A stretch of 63,988 nt of DNA, the filler included, from Aduncisulcus paluster (lineage: Eukaryota), in assembly GCA_024181965.1 (NCBI GenBank). It is 5 parts of 5 records of this genome, joined end to end, with 100 filler letters (N's around TTAATTAATTAA, not from the genome) between each part and the next. Parts side by side here need not be neighbours in the genome. Positions count along the whole stretch, not along the records: positions 1 to 15,808 come from BQXS01009971.1; 4 more parts are not named here. One strand, written 5' to 3'. The translations under genes were made by a program, and so were the position numbers. Positions 1-10,614 of the stretch are shown here, one piece after another (the stretch's first letter is position 1; each line of letters begins with the position of its first letter). Below the pieces are notes generated by a model. That model saw nothing but the letters and a program-made list of their open reading frames with translations. It ran no database searches and was not told where the DNA came from.

Positions 1-2803
1 CCTCATCATTTGCATATATTTCTTCATCCATTCCCTCCTCTTCCTCTTCCTCTTCCTCTTCCTCTTCCTTGCTAGAATGGGAGATATCATGATGATCACG
101 AACACGCCGCTGTTGCTCTTGTCGCTCAATGATATCAGAGGAAGAGGAACGTTCACAACGCACTCGATGATGCTGAGATTGCTTCACAGTATTCATTCCT
201 TCCATAATAAAGACCCACTGAGCGTTTGCATCTTGATCCCCAACGCTACTGCCATTTCTAAAGCTTAGGTCTTTCTGATCTGGATGATGGCCGTCATCAG
301 AGAGAGCCTCATGCTCCATCTGGGCTGAAGTACCAGTACGCATACCAGGTGCAGAAGGTTGAAGAAGATGAGAGTGAGAAGGTGCGCGAGCTTGAGGAGT
401 ACGGGCAATGTTACCCACTCCACTGACTATATGTTGTGATACAGAAGAGCCTGAAGTAGATCTTTGATCTTGTATACTGTACTTTGAATACGTTGTGGAA
501 TCATCAAGAACAGCAGTAATAGGAGGAACACGGGACACAGATGTGATGGATACGTCGTCAAGAGACATTGATTGTCCAACAAGGGCGCTTGTTCCTTGCA
601 TCGAGACGGTTGTATTGCTCACGATCCCTGCATACATGGACGAGGAGACATCTTGATCAGTATATTGACTCGTCCCCGATTGTCCTGGATGTGGGGGAAT
701 ACAAGAGAAGGAACTCATATCAAAATCACCAATTCCACTTTTCTCATCGTGGAGTTCGATTGTAGAGGTGTCGTGATTGATAGTTCCATGATGAGATTGG
801 TGATCAACATCAGTACGGAAGGTAGGAGCATCATTGACGGCGATTGACTGTGGTTGTTTTACACTACGCCTACCTTCTCTTCCTGTAGGTTGGACATCAA
901 AGGCAGTTCGATACCTAATGGGATTTCTTGTTCCTACCGCACCAACCATGGGTCTTCTTGGAGGAATTCCAACAATACCATTCTCCTCTTCCTCCTCTTC
1001 CTCGCCAAAGTCTTGTCTAGCAAGTCTCTTCGCTCTCCTCCTCTTCCTCTTCTTCTTGCTCTCGACATGCATCCCTCCAGAGATACAGTGGAGAATATAT
1101 CTCAGTTCACCGCCTCTGCTCTCCTCGTCTCCTTCTTCCTCAATTGTGCTATAAGGAGAACGGACATTCCGAGCACCATCCATGCCTCCCTCAGTGGTGC
1201 GAGGAGTAACCTCATCCTCGGTTGATTCCCTTCCTTTCCACGGTTTCACTGCAGATGAGGGCAGACTAGTACCTTTTTGTTGAGTGGATGGATATGTTGT
1301 TCCGACCTTATCATCAACACTCGCTCCAACAAGAGAGACACAGTCACACACTTTACGAATGGTAGAGTACAATTCAAGTTCAGTGCTCGAGGTTAGAAGA
1401 GCAGTGAGGACTCTAATCATGACATCGGAATAGGAAGACCTTCTTGGTGATAAAAAGTCATCTCCAAGAATCTTATCGGAGGAAGAGGAAGAGGGTTGGT
1501 AGGTATCTAGGCGTTTAAGACGTTGTTGTAGAACAGCATATAGATTACATGAAAGGTCAGAATCAGAGATACTTGCACTTCCATCGCTGTCGGTTGTTGT
1601 TCCACGTTCAACTGATTGATCGTTGAGATCGGAACCTAGACTATCATCTTTCTCACGTTCTTCTTTATCATACATATCCTTGGAAACTTCCTTGGAAACT
1701 TGAGGGAGGACATTGGAATGCGCATTGGGGATAAAAACTTCATATTTGCCAACGGTGTTATCTTCAGAGGACCACCGACCAGCACTTGTGAGATCCTTGC
1801 CTTTCTCAAGCATCACATCAAACCTTTTCTCTCCCTCTTCTCCCTTAGATGAGCATTTAACATCAGAGAGAAGATCACTACTCATCATGGCAGCACTAAA
1901 AAGAGACTCTTCAGTTCGGGGCTGGATGGACACAGACATAGAGATCGTTGGTGAAGCCTTATCCTTGTCTTTATCGGTATATATGGATGGAGGAGTTTGT
2001 TGGAACTTATTAAGCTTCTCAAATGATGGATATTCACGAGACTCAGGTCTTTTCCTAATCGAAGTTGGGGAAGGACGAATAGGAGTTCTGTCCCGATCTT
2101 TTTTCTCCAATTGACGAGTAATAGCCAATTTCTGTTCAAGAGACATTGATAATAAATTCATGGAACCAATCGAATAAACTTGAGATTTATGGGAATGGCG
2201 AGATCGATCTTTATGTCTTTTTTTAGTCTTTTCTATACTTCTATGCTCCTGTTTAATATATATGTCATCATGTTGATACCCCTGGGAACCAGAACCTCTT
2301 CTTATATCCTCCAATTCAGCGTATAAGGCAGGATCTTGATGCATCACAACTTGGGACGACTCTCTGTGTTTCTCACCCTTAGTATGTTTTGTAAACTTGG
2401 ATTTTGTTCCAATACTATAGGTTGCAGAAAATTGTTTCGGACGTACTTGGACGGAAGGACTGTCATGAAGTGTAACTTGACTGTAACCTCCAGTAACAGT
2501 ATTCCGCTCCCGTAAGCGTTGCTCAAAGCCAGCTAGACCTTCAACATCGGCTTCACTTGAGCCAGGAGTGTGAGATCTTTGGGAAGGAGATTCATATTTT
2601 TCGTAGGCCTCTATTGTCTTATCTTTCTGCAAAGTTCTTGGAAATCTGTCCATTTTCTGGTCTTTTCTATCATAATAAACATCTATAAGAGATTTTGTAT
2701 GCTGTTTGGTAGGATTACTTGGATTTGGCGGTTCTACTTTTCGAAATTTGTGAATATCTGGAAATACATCAGATTTTTTGTGACTATTTCCGGTAATATC
2801 CAT
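1..2803 (-). CDS. Large hypothetical low-complexity (Ser/Asp/Glu/Lys-rich) protein, running off the window start (>930 aa)
   Basis: ATG at 2803 is preceded by an in-frame TGA and reads MDITGNSHKKSDVFPDIHKFRKVEPPNP...; the same frame reads ...EEEEEEGMDEEIYANDE at position 2. It is absent from the ORF track, consistent with no stop before the edge. Confidence 0.8.
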   Translation of the reverse strand, partial: MDITGNSHKKSDVFPDIHKFRKVEPPNPSNPTKQHTKSLIDVYYDRKDQKMDRFPRTLQKDKTIEAYEKYESPSQRSHTPGSSEADVEGLAGFEQRLRERNTVTGGYSQVTLHDSPSVQVRPKQFSATYSIGTKSKFTKHTKGEKHRESSQVVMHQDPALYAELEDIRRGSGSQGYQHDDIYIKQEHRSIEKTKKRHKDRSRHSHKSQVYSIGSMNLLSMSLEQKLAITRQLEKKDRDRTPIRPSPTSIRKRPESREYPSFEKLNKFQQTPPSIYTDKDKDKASPTISMSVSIQPRTEESLFSAAMMSSDLLSDVKCSSKGEEGEKRFDVMLEKGKDLTSAGRWSSEDNTVGKYEVFIPNAHSNVLPQVSKEVSKDMYDKEEREKDDSLGSDLNDQSVERGTTTDSDGSASISDSDLSCNLYAVLQQRLKRLDTYQPSSSSSDKILGDDFLSPRRSSYSDVMIRVLTALLTSSTELELYSTIRKVCDCVSLVGASVDDKVGTTYPSTQQKGTSLPSSAVKPWKGRESTEDEVTPRTTEGGMDGARNVRSPYSTIEEEGDEESRGGELRYILHCISGGMHVESKKKRKRRRAKRLARQDFGEEEEEEENGIVGIPPRRPMVGAVGTRNPIRYRTAFDVQPTGREGRRSVKQPQSIAVNDAPTFRTDVDHQSHHGTINHDTSTIELHDEKSGIGDFDMSSFSCIPPHPGQSGTSQYTDQDVSSSMYAGIVSNTTVSMQGTSALVGQSMSLDDVSITSVSRVPPITAVLDDSTTYSKYSIQDQRSTSGSSVSQHIVSGVGNIARTPQARAPSHSHLLQPSAPGMRTGTSAQMEHEALSDDGHHPDQKDLSFRNGSSVGDQDANAQWVFIMEGMNTVKQSQHHRVRCERSSSSDIIERQEQQRRVRDHHDISHSSKEEEEEEEEEEEGMDEEIYANDE

Positions 2804-2967
2804 AAAATATCAAAAATAATCTCAAAGTAAACGTTGATTCAGGAGGAAACTATCACATTTTGAAAAAATCAGTTTGCTTCCTTGGGGATACTTTTACTTA
2901 ATAAATATAGCGTGTGATAAGCATGAATTATTAAATGAAGAATTTATTTTTTTTGATTAGGAGTCGC

Positions 2968-3850
2968 TCAGAGACTGCCTTCCAACATGGCCATTTCAAT
3001 GTCTTCCAACAAAGCGCTGGTAACAGTTTCATGTCTAAGTTTGAATAATGTTGTGATAGCATTGATTTCTGTGGCAGTAGTACTTGTTCCAACAAAGGCT
3101 GTCCAATCATTAGCAACAATTCCAGCTCCAACCAAAGCACTACCTCTGTTGATTGTTCCCGCTTTAACAGGAACCTGTAGAAGTGTAGCAATTTCTTTTT
3201 GTTCCTCGATTGAGGTCAAAGGATGGACGATAGCACCAACATTCGTACATGAGCAATAAGTCCCAACAAGAGCCTCCCCGGCAACTGTCCGTCTAAAAAC
3301 TTCAACTTCAAGAACATCTGCAATAATTTCTTCCGTTTCTTTCTCAAGACCAGGATGGATTATGGCAACACTATCATTACAGCATATAACATTTCCTAAA
3401 GCAGACAAACGTTCTTCTACACGTTGTACTGTAACTGAGTCCGGTAAAGAATTTCTAAGATGGAGCAATTCTTGATCAGTAGTATTATGTGGTACTAAAA
3501 GACCGTGCTTATTCCCAACACAGAGCCTGCCAATAACAGTACTTTCAGCAATATATGTATGGACAACTGGAATATGACCTTTTAACTCTCTTTCAAAAAC
3601 AGAATAGAAGTTTTCGGTGGCAGCACCTGTTACAAGACAATATGAGTTTGTAAGGAGAGAAAACGCTCCTATTTCATTGGTAGATTCAAAGTGACAACCT
3701 AAAATAGATAAAAAAATGTTTAAAATAACCAGGGATTTGATGGAGAACGGGATATGAGTTGATTGATACAATATTAGAGAAATAAAGGAGAGAAATAGAA
3801 TAAAATATAAGATATAAATATTAGGATTACAATAACATACGATGGGCCAT
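2968..3850 (-). CDS. eIF6: Translation initiation factor eIF6; exons 3850-3841 and 3698-2968, intron 3840-3699 (142 nt)
   Basis: Spliced start reads [16 protein letters not shown]. Hallmark segments are [43 protein letters not shown] and GTINRGS..VGAG..ANDW. The intron is GTATGT...TTTTAG. Confidence 0.96.
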
Positions 3851-3970
3851 CGATAAATGATTTCTTTTACCTTTTTTATCGGGACAGGAGCAAACAAATT
3901 CCCTGTTCAAGCAGTCACAAACACCAGCCAAAATCAAATGAGAAAGATACGGTCTTGGCACACCACAACA
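3851..3970. promoter_or_regulatory. 120-bp divergent intergenic region between eIF6 and the E2 gene; probable bidirectional promoter
   Basis: Head-to-head start codons at 3850 (-) and 3971 (+). Confidence 0.55.
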
Positions 3971-4568
3971 ATGTCAAAAAAAGCTATATTATTATTAGGT
4001 CAACAACTAAGAGGTATGTGTATCTTTAATGTCTTTCTATGTGTTTTACTAAGCCAATAACATTGTTCATCTCATTGGCCTCCTTTATGCTTTTCTTTTA
4101 GATTTTCAAAGAGATCCAATTAGTGGAATTTCGGTTGGACTTATTGATGAGTCTGATATTTTTAAATGGCAAGTCGTAATTATGGGGCCAACTGATACTC
4201 CTTATGAAGGAGGTATTTTCAAAGCTACTCTTCATTTCCCAGAGGATTATCCTAATAACCCACCTAAAATGAGGTTTATTACAAAAATATTCCACCCTAA
4301 TATTTATAAAGACGGGCGTGTGTGTATCTCCATTCTCCACCCTCCTGGAGACGATCCAATGATGTATGAATCTTCATCTGAGAGGTGGCTTCCGGTCCAC
4401 ACACCATATTCCATTCTTGTTTCCATTGTATGTATGTTATCTGAACCAAATATAGAAAGTCCCGCTGATGTTGACGCTGCCAGGTTACTTAGGTCTGATA
4501 AAAAAGCGTTTAACAGAGAAGTTGGTAAATGTGTTCGTGATAGCCTCGAAGATTTCTTTGAAGAGTGA
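3971..4568 (+). CDS. UBC7: Ubiquitin-conjugating enzyme E2, Ubc7/UBE2G (or Cdc34)-type; exons 3971-4013 and 4102-4568, intron 4014-4101 (88 nt)
   Basis: Spliced MSKKAILLLGQQLRDFQRDPISGISVGLIDESDIFKW...; HPNIYKDGRVCISILH active site followed by the PPGDDPMMYESSSERW acidic loop typical of UBE2G/Cdc34. The intron is GTATGT..TACTAAG..TTTTAG. Confidence 0.92.
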
Positions 4569-4756
4569 TAATATCATCATAGAAAGAACAGTCTTTATTC
4601 GATGGAATAATAATAAGATTCTTCAGTGATCTATCGTTCCTTTCGAAAAAAACAATGATATATATGAATAAAATATGAAAATAATTGATACGTTATTATG
4701 TTTAGTCCATTTTCACGACTAAATATGACCTGTCAATTCGTTTGGGTATTAATATG

Positions 4757-5329
4757 TTAATCTTGGGTTATAAATAACATTTCTTGCATTTCTATTGCAT
4801 TATCTGTTTCAGATTCATGTATTATTGAACGGTATATCGGTTGTTCTTGGACAACCATCGTCTGTTTTAGTAATCTAAGGTGATATTTTTCAATAATAAC
4901 TTCTATAATGGATAATATTATTTCTGCCACTGAAAATGATATAATTATTCCAAATACAAATATTAATTCAAACGATAACCATGAATTTGGAATTTGACCA
5001 CACCTCAAACACACATCTCTGGAAGAGTCCTCTATTTTCTCGTGGAGTTCGCACACACAATGACCAAAACATTTTGATTCGAAAACATCCCCATAATATT
5101 GACGTAAATAAGCCTCTGTTTCGGGCGGAAAAGGAGTTATTCCATACATTCCTTGAAATGAAAACGAATAACAATTTAAATCCTCATCACATATGCTTTT
5201 ACACCGCCAAACACATGGAAAATCTCCTAGTTCAACAATAATGACAAAAAGAAAACCAAGAGCAGCCAAAGAAGCAAGGGTAGAATACACACCTTTTCTC
5301 CAACAACCAATACATTGTTCTGGCATCAT
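4757..5329 (-). CDS. Small hypothetical membrane protein: two hydrophobic segments flanking a Cys-rich loop
   Basis: 190-aa ORF with hydrophobic LASLAALGFLFVIIV and FELIFVFGIIISFSVAEIILSII. Confidence 0.6.
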   Translation of the reverse strand: MMPEQCIGCWRKGVYSTLASLAALGFLFVIIVELGDFPCVWRCKSICDEDLNCYSFSFQGMYGITPFPPETEAYLRQYYGDVFESKCFGHCVCELHEKIEDSSRDVCLRCGQIPNSWLSFELIFVFGIIISFSVAEIILSIIEVIIEKYHLRLLKQTMVVQEQPIYRSIIHESETDNAIEMQEMLFITQD

Positions 5330-5453
5330 GAATATGTATTAACGAAGAAAGAATGGCAAAAATAGAACTTTGAAATTTGGTTGAAACCAAGAATCTTACA
5401 AAATAGGCCGCATAGGAAGATGTTACAACTGACAAGAGAATGATGTGTCTTGG

Positions 5454-6174
5454 AAGTACGAGAAAACCTAACAATATGCGATGTTAGAACACAAAATCAT
5501 CAAATTAGCATTGAATTTATAGAATAAACGCGTTCAATTTTTTTGTAATGGCTTCAAATGTGATTTTACAATGATTATTTTTTTTGTCTGGAGAAATCAA
5601 TTAAAATAATTTATCTGGTGTTATTCAAGCATGAAGGTATCGTTTTCGAATAAAAATCTATTTGGTCGTTTCCAATATCTGCGAGGGCATCTTTTCGCCG
5701 ATAAATGCGTAATGACGAAATTTTAAAGGCATTAATCGCCAAATTAGGGATTTATGATGTGCAAGAAAATGCATTTATGGAAATAATTCAGTATTTGCAA
5801 AGCTNNNNNNNNNNNNNNNNNNNNAAGTACGAGAAAACCTAACAATATGCGATGTTAGAACACAAAATCATCAAATTAGCATTGAATTTATAGAATAAAC
5901 GCGTTCAATTTTTTTGTAATGGCTTCAAATGTGATTTTACAATGATTATTTTTTTTGTCTGGAGAAATCAATTAAAATAATTTATCTGGTGTTATTCAAG
6001 CATGAAGGTATCGTTTTCGAATAAAAATCTATTTGGTCGTTTCCAATATCTGCGAGGGCATCTTTTCGCCGATAAATGCTTAATGACGAAATTTTAAAGG
6101 CATTAATCGCCAAATTAGGGATTTATGATGTGCAAGAAAATGCATTTATGGAAATAATTCAGTATTTGCAAAGC
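5454..6174. repeat. 350-bp overlap duplicated across a 20-N scaffold gap (5454-5803 = 5825-6174); assembly artefact or two alleles
   Basis: The copies are identical except G5709 vs T6080. Confidence 0.9.
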
Positions 6175-9100
6175 GATTCGTGTTCTAGGATTGTTTTTTC
6201 AAAAGAGTGCTTTTTCTGGCCGAATCCTTATAATATTGATAAATATGAGATTCAAGTTGATTTAATAGAGAAAGAAAAATTTATTAACGAATTATTTAAC
6301 ATTTTGTTTGAGCATGCCCTCGCTCGAGATCATCATATTTCCAAAGCAAACAAATGTTTGATATTATTTGAATATACCCATAAAATAATCAAATTAGCTC
6401 GACATCTCTCCATATGTCCCTGGGATATTCCTCTCTTTCCTGTTATGTTTAAAAATCTTCTTAAGAATTCGTTTGGGCTGGAACATCTTCAAGAGAAAGG
6501 AATTATAGCTGATTTATATAAAAACCCAACTCTTGGAATTCATTCATTGCTCATTATCGATTTTATTGCTTGGTTAGCTGAAGATGTAATCATTTCTGGT
6601 CTTAAATATCGACGACTCCAATCTATGTTCATTGCTCGTGCAATCAATGAGAAAAAGAAAGCCAAGAAACCTGATATTGTTGAAGTTGGGATGAAACGTC
6701 GATTTGCTGTGGATCCTCTTGAATCTAGCGCCTCTCTCAAGACGGCCTCAACGATACCCCACCAACTCCCTCCACCCTCAGAAATATCCAGCATTTCAGA
6801 GTCATTCGTACCATTATCGCTCTCTTCTTTTTCTGTTTCCCCATCCTTTCCATCCACCCTGATCTTATCTGACCTTTCTGTGATCGATCAAGCCCTCCAT
6901 CCTCCCCAGCATCTCTCTCTGTCTGTAAGAAATAGATTAAATATCATATCTATTTGTGGATGCGTCAGAATGCTGGCTGTGTATGAAGGAGCTTTGGAAG
7001 AAGAACAGGCTAAAAATAGAGCACGCATGAAGAAGGTAGGCAAAACCAAATTCCCAATTAAGAAGAATTCGTCAAATTCTTCCTCACTTCCAAATATAAG
7101 TGTTGATATCCAATTTCGTGGTTCTATCATTCAATTCTACACATTAGCATTGTTCCACTCAATGTTGGGGTGTGCTGAAATTGTTCATCATGAACATGTC
7201 AATGGGATGCCTTTTGTTCATTCCGATATTGATATGATTCTAAAATTAGCACACACATTAATGTATCCATATATAGACAAAGACTCAAAATCCGAACCCT
7301 CATTCTCAAAGTCGCCCGAGCTTATGGAGAGTGATCCCCAACTTGGTGATAGATCTTCATGTATTCCTATGTTTTGGCTTCCAAACAAGAAAGATTTCTC
7401 TTATTTGCCGCCCATTTATATTCCTATTTCCGATAGTAGAGTTATTTCCATGTTCAATCTCACTCTTTCTCTTTGTATTCCTTTGCTAGCATATTCCAAT
7501 CTCTTCCCTTCCTCATGCACATCGTCTGAGTCAACATTTACTATCGCCTTGTCTGATGTCAGTTCTGTCAATAATGGGCGTTGGTTTCATGGGAATGCAA
7601 TCAAAAGGAAAATATCAAAGCATTCCCGAGTGTTTCTCTCCTCCTCACGTGAAATGGGGGGAACTATAATTCCACAAGGTACCGATTCCATGACAAAACT
7701 TTCAACTCCTCAAAAGAATCCCACCAAAATGAATAAGGAAGAAGAGGAGGAAAAGATACCGTTACAATCAAAACAAGAATATATTCAATCCATCAATAGG
7801 AATATTCCCACGTCATTGGTTGATGTTTTATTCCCTCCTCCTTCATTTTCCCTGGATGAAATCCTTATTCTATTGAATGAATCATCATATCGTGATCGTG
7901 TGGCTGTGGGAGAGCAAAGAGATCCACTAATTTTTGCTAATGATGAATGTTTGTATGCTCCACTCAGTACAATTGGAATATACGATCTAAATTTTGATCA
8001 ATTTTCCCATAAAAATCGGTTTATATATGAACATTCGAATGGAAAGTGTTATCTTTTGCGTCGATTGGTTGCTTCTCCTTCTGTTCCCTTGAGTGGCTCT
8101 TTCAAGACATATTGGGAGGAACTTATTTGTTATCTTCCTCCTTCGTATATATTAGAATCCAAGCCACATCGTGTCGCACTGAAACCTAGACTGTGTGATG
8201 GGATCATGACTTTGGTGGTGAGAATGTTAATGGAAATATCCTCTCGAATTTGGGTGAAAGAAGAAAAATGTCGCCGAAAAAAAATATCTTCTTCAAATAA
8301 TGGTAATAAGAAGAAGAAAAGGAAGAAGGTATTCCTTTCTTCAACTCATAACTCGGCACAGATTATTTCCGAGATGTTTTCTTCGGCCATAGATGTATTA
8401 TCTTTCCCCTTTGAGTGTGATTCTGGATATATCCCTCATGATCACACTCCCACAACTGTCACTGATCAGATTGTCGGTGTGAATAACGGATCTACATTAT
8501 TCCACACTGTTTCTTCCCTCAAAAGTATTTCATCGATCATGTCAAGACAAAGATGGTCTCCATTTGCTTCGAATCCACAACTAATGATGATGTATAATCT
8601 CTCATACATTTTATTGCTTCTTGGTCTCAATTCTCTTTCTCAAGAGGATCAAGATTCTATTCCTGGAAGTATAGTTTCTCAAACCAGTTCCACAGATGAA
8701 TCTAAATCTGGACAGAAGGGTGCTTCAGGAAGTGGAACTAAATCTACAAAGGGTAAAGGATCTTCGAAAGGGAAAGAAGAAGAAGAACTCGAGGCCGATG
8801 ATGCTATCATTTCCTCTGACTCAGACTTTTCCTCTTCAAATCCTTTCTCGGTCATCTCTCCTCTGTTTTCACTACTTGAATATATTCCCAATCTTCTTGT
8901 ATCCTTTATTAAGCGAATATGTGGGAACTCGAAGCTGTCCTGGCAGTCAAACAAATCTCTTATCATGTTTTCTTTGTCTTTCTTTATTCTTCCACATCCA
9001 TCTACTTTGTTCTTATTATCTAATGTCTTGGTTCAGAAATATTTCCAGTATTCGAAGGCAAATAGAGAAATCAAGAGGAAGCAACAACGAGAAACCCTTA

Positions 9101-10614
9101 AAACCCGGCCAATATTACGCGCTGGTTTACTATGGCCTGACTTGAATACCCCTTTGTCCAAATACACGTGGTATTCGCATGTAGATGATGCCAATAGGTC
9201 TGAAGATAGTCTTCATTATGCCCATTTGCAGGAGAATATGGCTGTAAGTGAATGCGGAATTTTAATGCAAAGGGAAGAAGCTAAAATACGAAGAGAAAGG
9301 GCTGAAAGGAGAGAATTATGGAGAAAAGAGAGCATGAAGGACCCTGGGACAATGAAAAAACATTCACGATCATCTCATGTTGTTCTACCTGAAGAGGAAT
9401 TAGGAACTTCTGAAGATAGTGATGAGACCTTCTGGGATCCAAAATCATCAAAACAAGGCCTCTCCATACTTCCCTCATTCACTTCACTTGCCAATGTTTT
9501 CTGTTCGTCATCCTTGACTTTTTCTGAATTGGTTAATCGGACCGAAAGAAAATATTCTAAAATTGGACCAAATTTACTAACAATAGATGATCAAGATCCA
9601 TCATATGTTTTGTTCTCTCTTCCGTCAACTACTCTCTCCCTTCTCCTTGTCTCCCTTCTTCTCTCACCCCACCCATACACATACCTGTCGCTGTGTGGTG
9701 TTATCATGGTGTGCATTGTCTCTGATTGTCCAAGGGGATATACACGGGGTAAAATTGTAATTGAAACGCTTTGGAAATGTGGTGAACTGACTGAAAATAA
9801 TCTTGAACATCTTCTTATTCGCGAAGAAAAAGAAAGGCAGAATACTAAAAAGGGTATCGCTTCAAGTTATGTTTGTTCAACCAAGAATCCTGATGGATCT
9901 CGAATAATTAAAGATATTTCAAAAGATACTGTTGCAACTATCCACGATCCAAGGCAAGATAGAACAAAACAAAAGGATGATGGGCATGAAGTGTGCCAAA
10001 ATCGAAGAAGAAACATTCCTCAAAACCAGACATTTATCCACAACTATTGTCATGATCCTCAAGTGCTTCAACGAGACCTGTATCACGAGCATGGGAACTC
10101 GGTCAAAACTCTCAAATATTCGTTGTTTGATAAATCTTTTTCTTCTCTTGGCGATGGAGCTCTGTCATATCCCGTTAATAATATCCAACTTCCACCTTCT
10201 GTGTTCTCTTTACCTTCGATTCCCACAAAGTTCTCCCGGTCTGATGTGACATATCTGCCTCGAGCTTCTTCTGAATTACATAGTGGTTTGGAGACTGGTT
10301 CACTCGAAGCCAGTTCATCTATTCCTTCTGCACCTTCCCTTTCCTCTTCCTCTTCTTCTGCTTTACCAATTGAAGAGATTGTTTCGCTGACGAGGAAAAG
10401 TACGCATTCTGTTACTCATACTCAAGAAGTATTACGTTCCATCTGCTCAATATCCATGAGTCATGCTCAACGTCTGTCTTCAGTCGAGCTTAAGCGGTGG
10501 AATGAAGGGATTGGTATGGTAGCTTGGCTGATGAGGGTAAATGAACTTCACGGTCATCACTCAATCTCTCCTTCTTCCTCCCTTCTTCTTCTTCCTCTTC
10601 TTCTTCTGATGTGA
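6076..10614 (+). CDS. Large hypothetical Ser-rich protein; probably the N-terminal part of one ~2270-aa gene
   Basis: 1512-aa ORF with no recognisable domain; it ends in an out-of-register CTT repeat that overlaps the next ORF. Confidence 0.8.
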   Translation: MLNDEILKALIAKLGIYDVQENAFMEIIQYLQSDSCSRIVFSKECFFWPNPYNIDKYEIQVDLIEKEKFINELFNILFEHALARDHHISKANKCLILFEYTHKIIKLARHLSICPWDIPLFPVMFKNLLKNSFGLEHLQEKGIIADLYKNPTLGIHSLLIIDFIAWLAEDVIISGLKYRRLQSMFIARAINEKKKAKKPDIVEVGMKRRFAVDPLESSASLKTASTIPHQLPPPSEISSISESFVPLSLSSFSVSPSFPSTLILSDLSVIDQALHPPQHLSLSVRNRLNIISICGCVRMLAVYEGALEEEQAKNRARMKKVGKTKFPIKKNSSNSSSLPNISVDIQFRGSIIQFYTLALFHSMLGCAEIVHHEHVNGMPFVHSDIDMILKLAHTLMYPYIDKDSKSEPSFSKSPELMESDPQLGDRSSCIPMFWLPNKKDFSYLPPIYIPISDSRVISMFNLTLSLCIPLLAYSNLFPSSCTSSESTFTIALSDVSSVNNGRWFHGNAIKRKISKHSRVFLSSSREMGGTIIPQGTDSMTKLSTPQKNPTKMNKEEEEEKIPLQSKQEYIQSINRNIPTSLVDVLFPPPSFSLDEILILLNESSYRDRVAVGEQRDPLIFANDECLYAPLSTIGIYDLNFDQFSHKNRFIYEHSNGKCYLLRRLVASPSVPLSGSFKTYWEELICYLPPSYILESKPHRVALKPRLCDGIMTLVVRMLMEISSRIWVKEEKCRRKKISSSNNGNKKKKRKKVFLSSTHNSAQIISEMFSSAIDVLSFPFECDSGYIPHDHTPTTVTDQIVGVNNGSTLFHTVSSLKSISSIMSRQRWSPFASNPQLMMMYNLSYILLLLGLNSLSQEDQDSIPGSIVSQTSSTDESKSGQKGASGSGTKSTKGKGSSKGKEEEELEADDAIISSDSDFSSSNPFSVISPLFSLLEYIPNLLVSFIKRICGNSKLSWQSNKSLIMFSLSFFILPHPSTLFLLSNVLVQKYFQYSKANREIKRKQQRETLKTRPILRAGLLWPDLNTPLSKYTWYSHVDDANRSEDSLHYAHLQENMAVSECGILMQREEAKIRRERAERRELWRKESMKDPGTMKKHSRSSHVVLPEEELGTSEDSDETFWDPKSSKQGLSILPSFTSLANVFCSSSLTFSELVNRTERKYSKIGPNLLTIDDQDPSYVLFSLPSTTLSLLLVSLLLSPHPYTYLSLCGVIMVCIVSDCPRGYTRGKIVIETLWKCGELTENNLEHLLIREEKERQNTKKGIASSYVCSTKNPDGSRIIKDISKDTVATIHDPRQDRTKQKDDGHEVCQNRRRNIPQNQTFIHNYCHDPQVLQRDLYHEHGNSVKTLKYSLFDKSFSSLGDGALSYPVNNIQLPPSVFSLPSIPTKFSRSDVTYLPRASSELHSGLETGSLEASSSIPSAPSLSSSSSSALPIEEIVSLTRKSTHSVTHTQEVLRSICSISMSHAQRLSSVELKRWNEGIGMVAWLMRVNELHGHHSISPSSSLLLLPLLLLM

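Noticed and set aside
3699-3897. Hydrophobic N-terminal extension on eIF6 in the ORF track
   Set aside because: It is read-through of the intron and upstream DNA; splicing gives the canonical short N-terminus.
5232-5500. Hydrophobic ORF overlapping the start of 4757-5329, suggesting a frameshifted N-terminus
   Set aside because: It would need several frameshifts, and T-rich non-coding DNA translates as hydrophobic by chance.
5454-6174. Apparent tandem duplication of a gene start (MRNDE vs MLNDE)
   Set aside because: It is an unmerged overlap across a scaffold gap; the single difference is probably an allele or an error.
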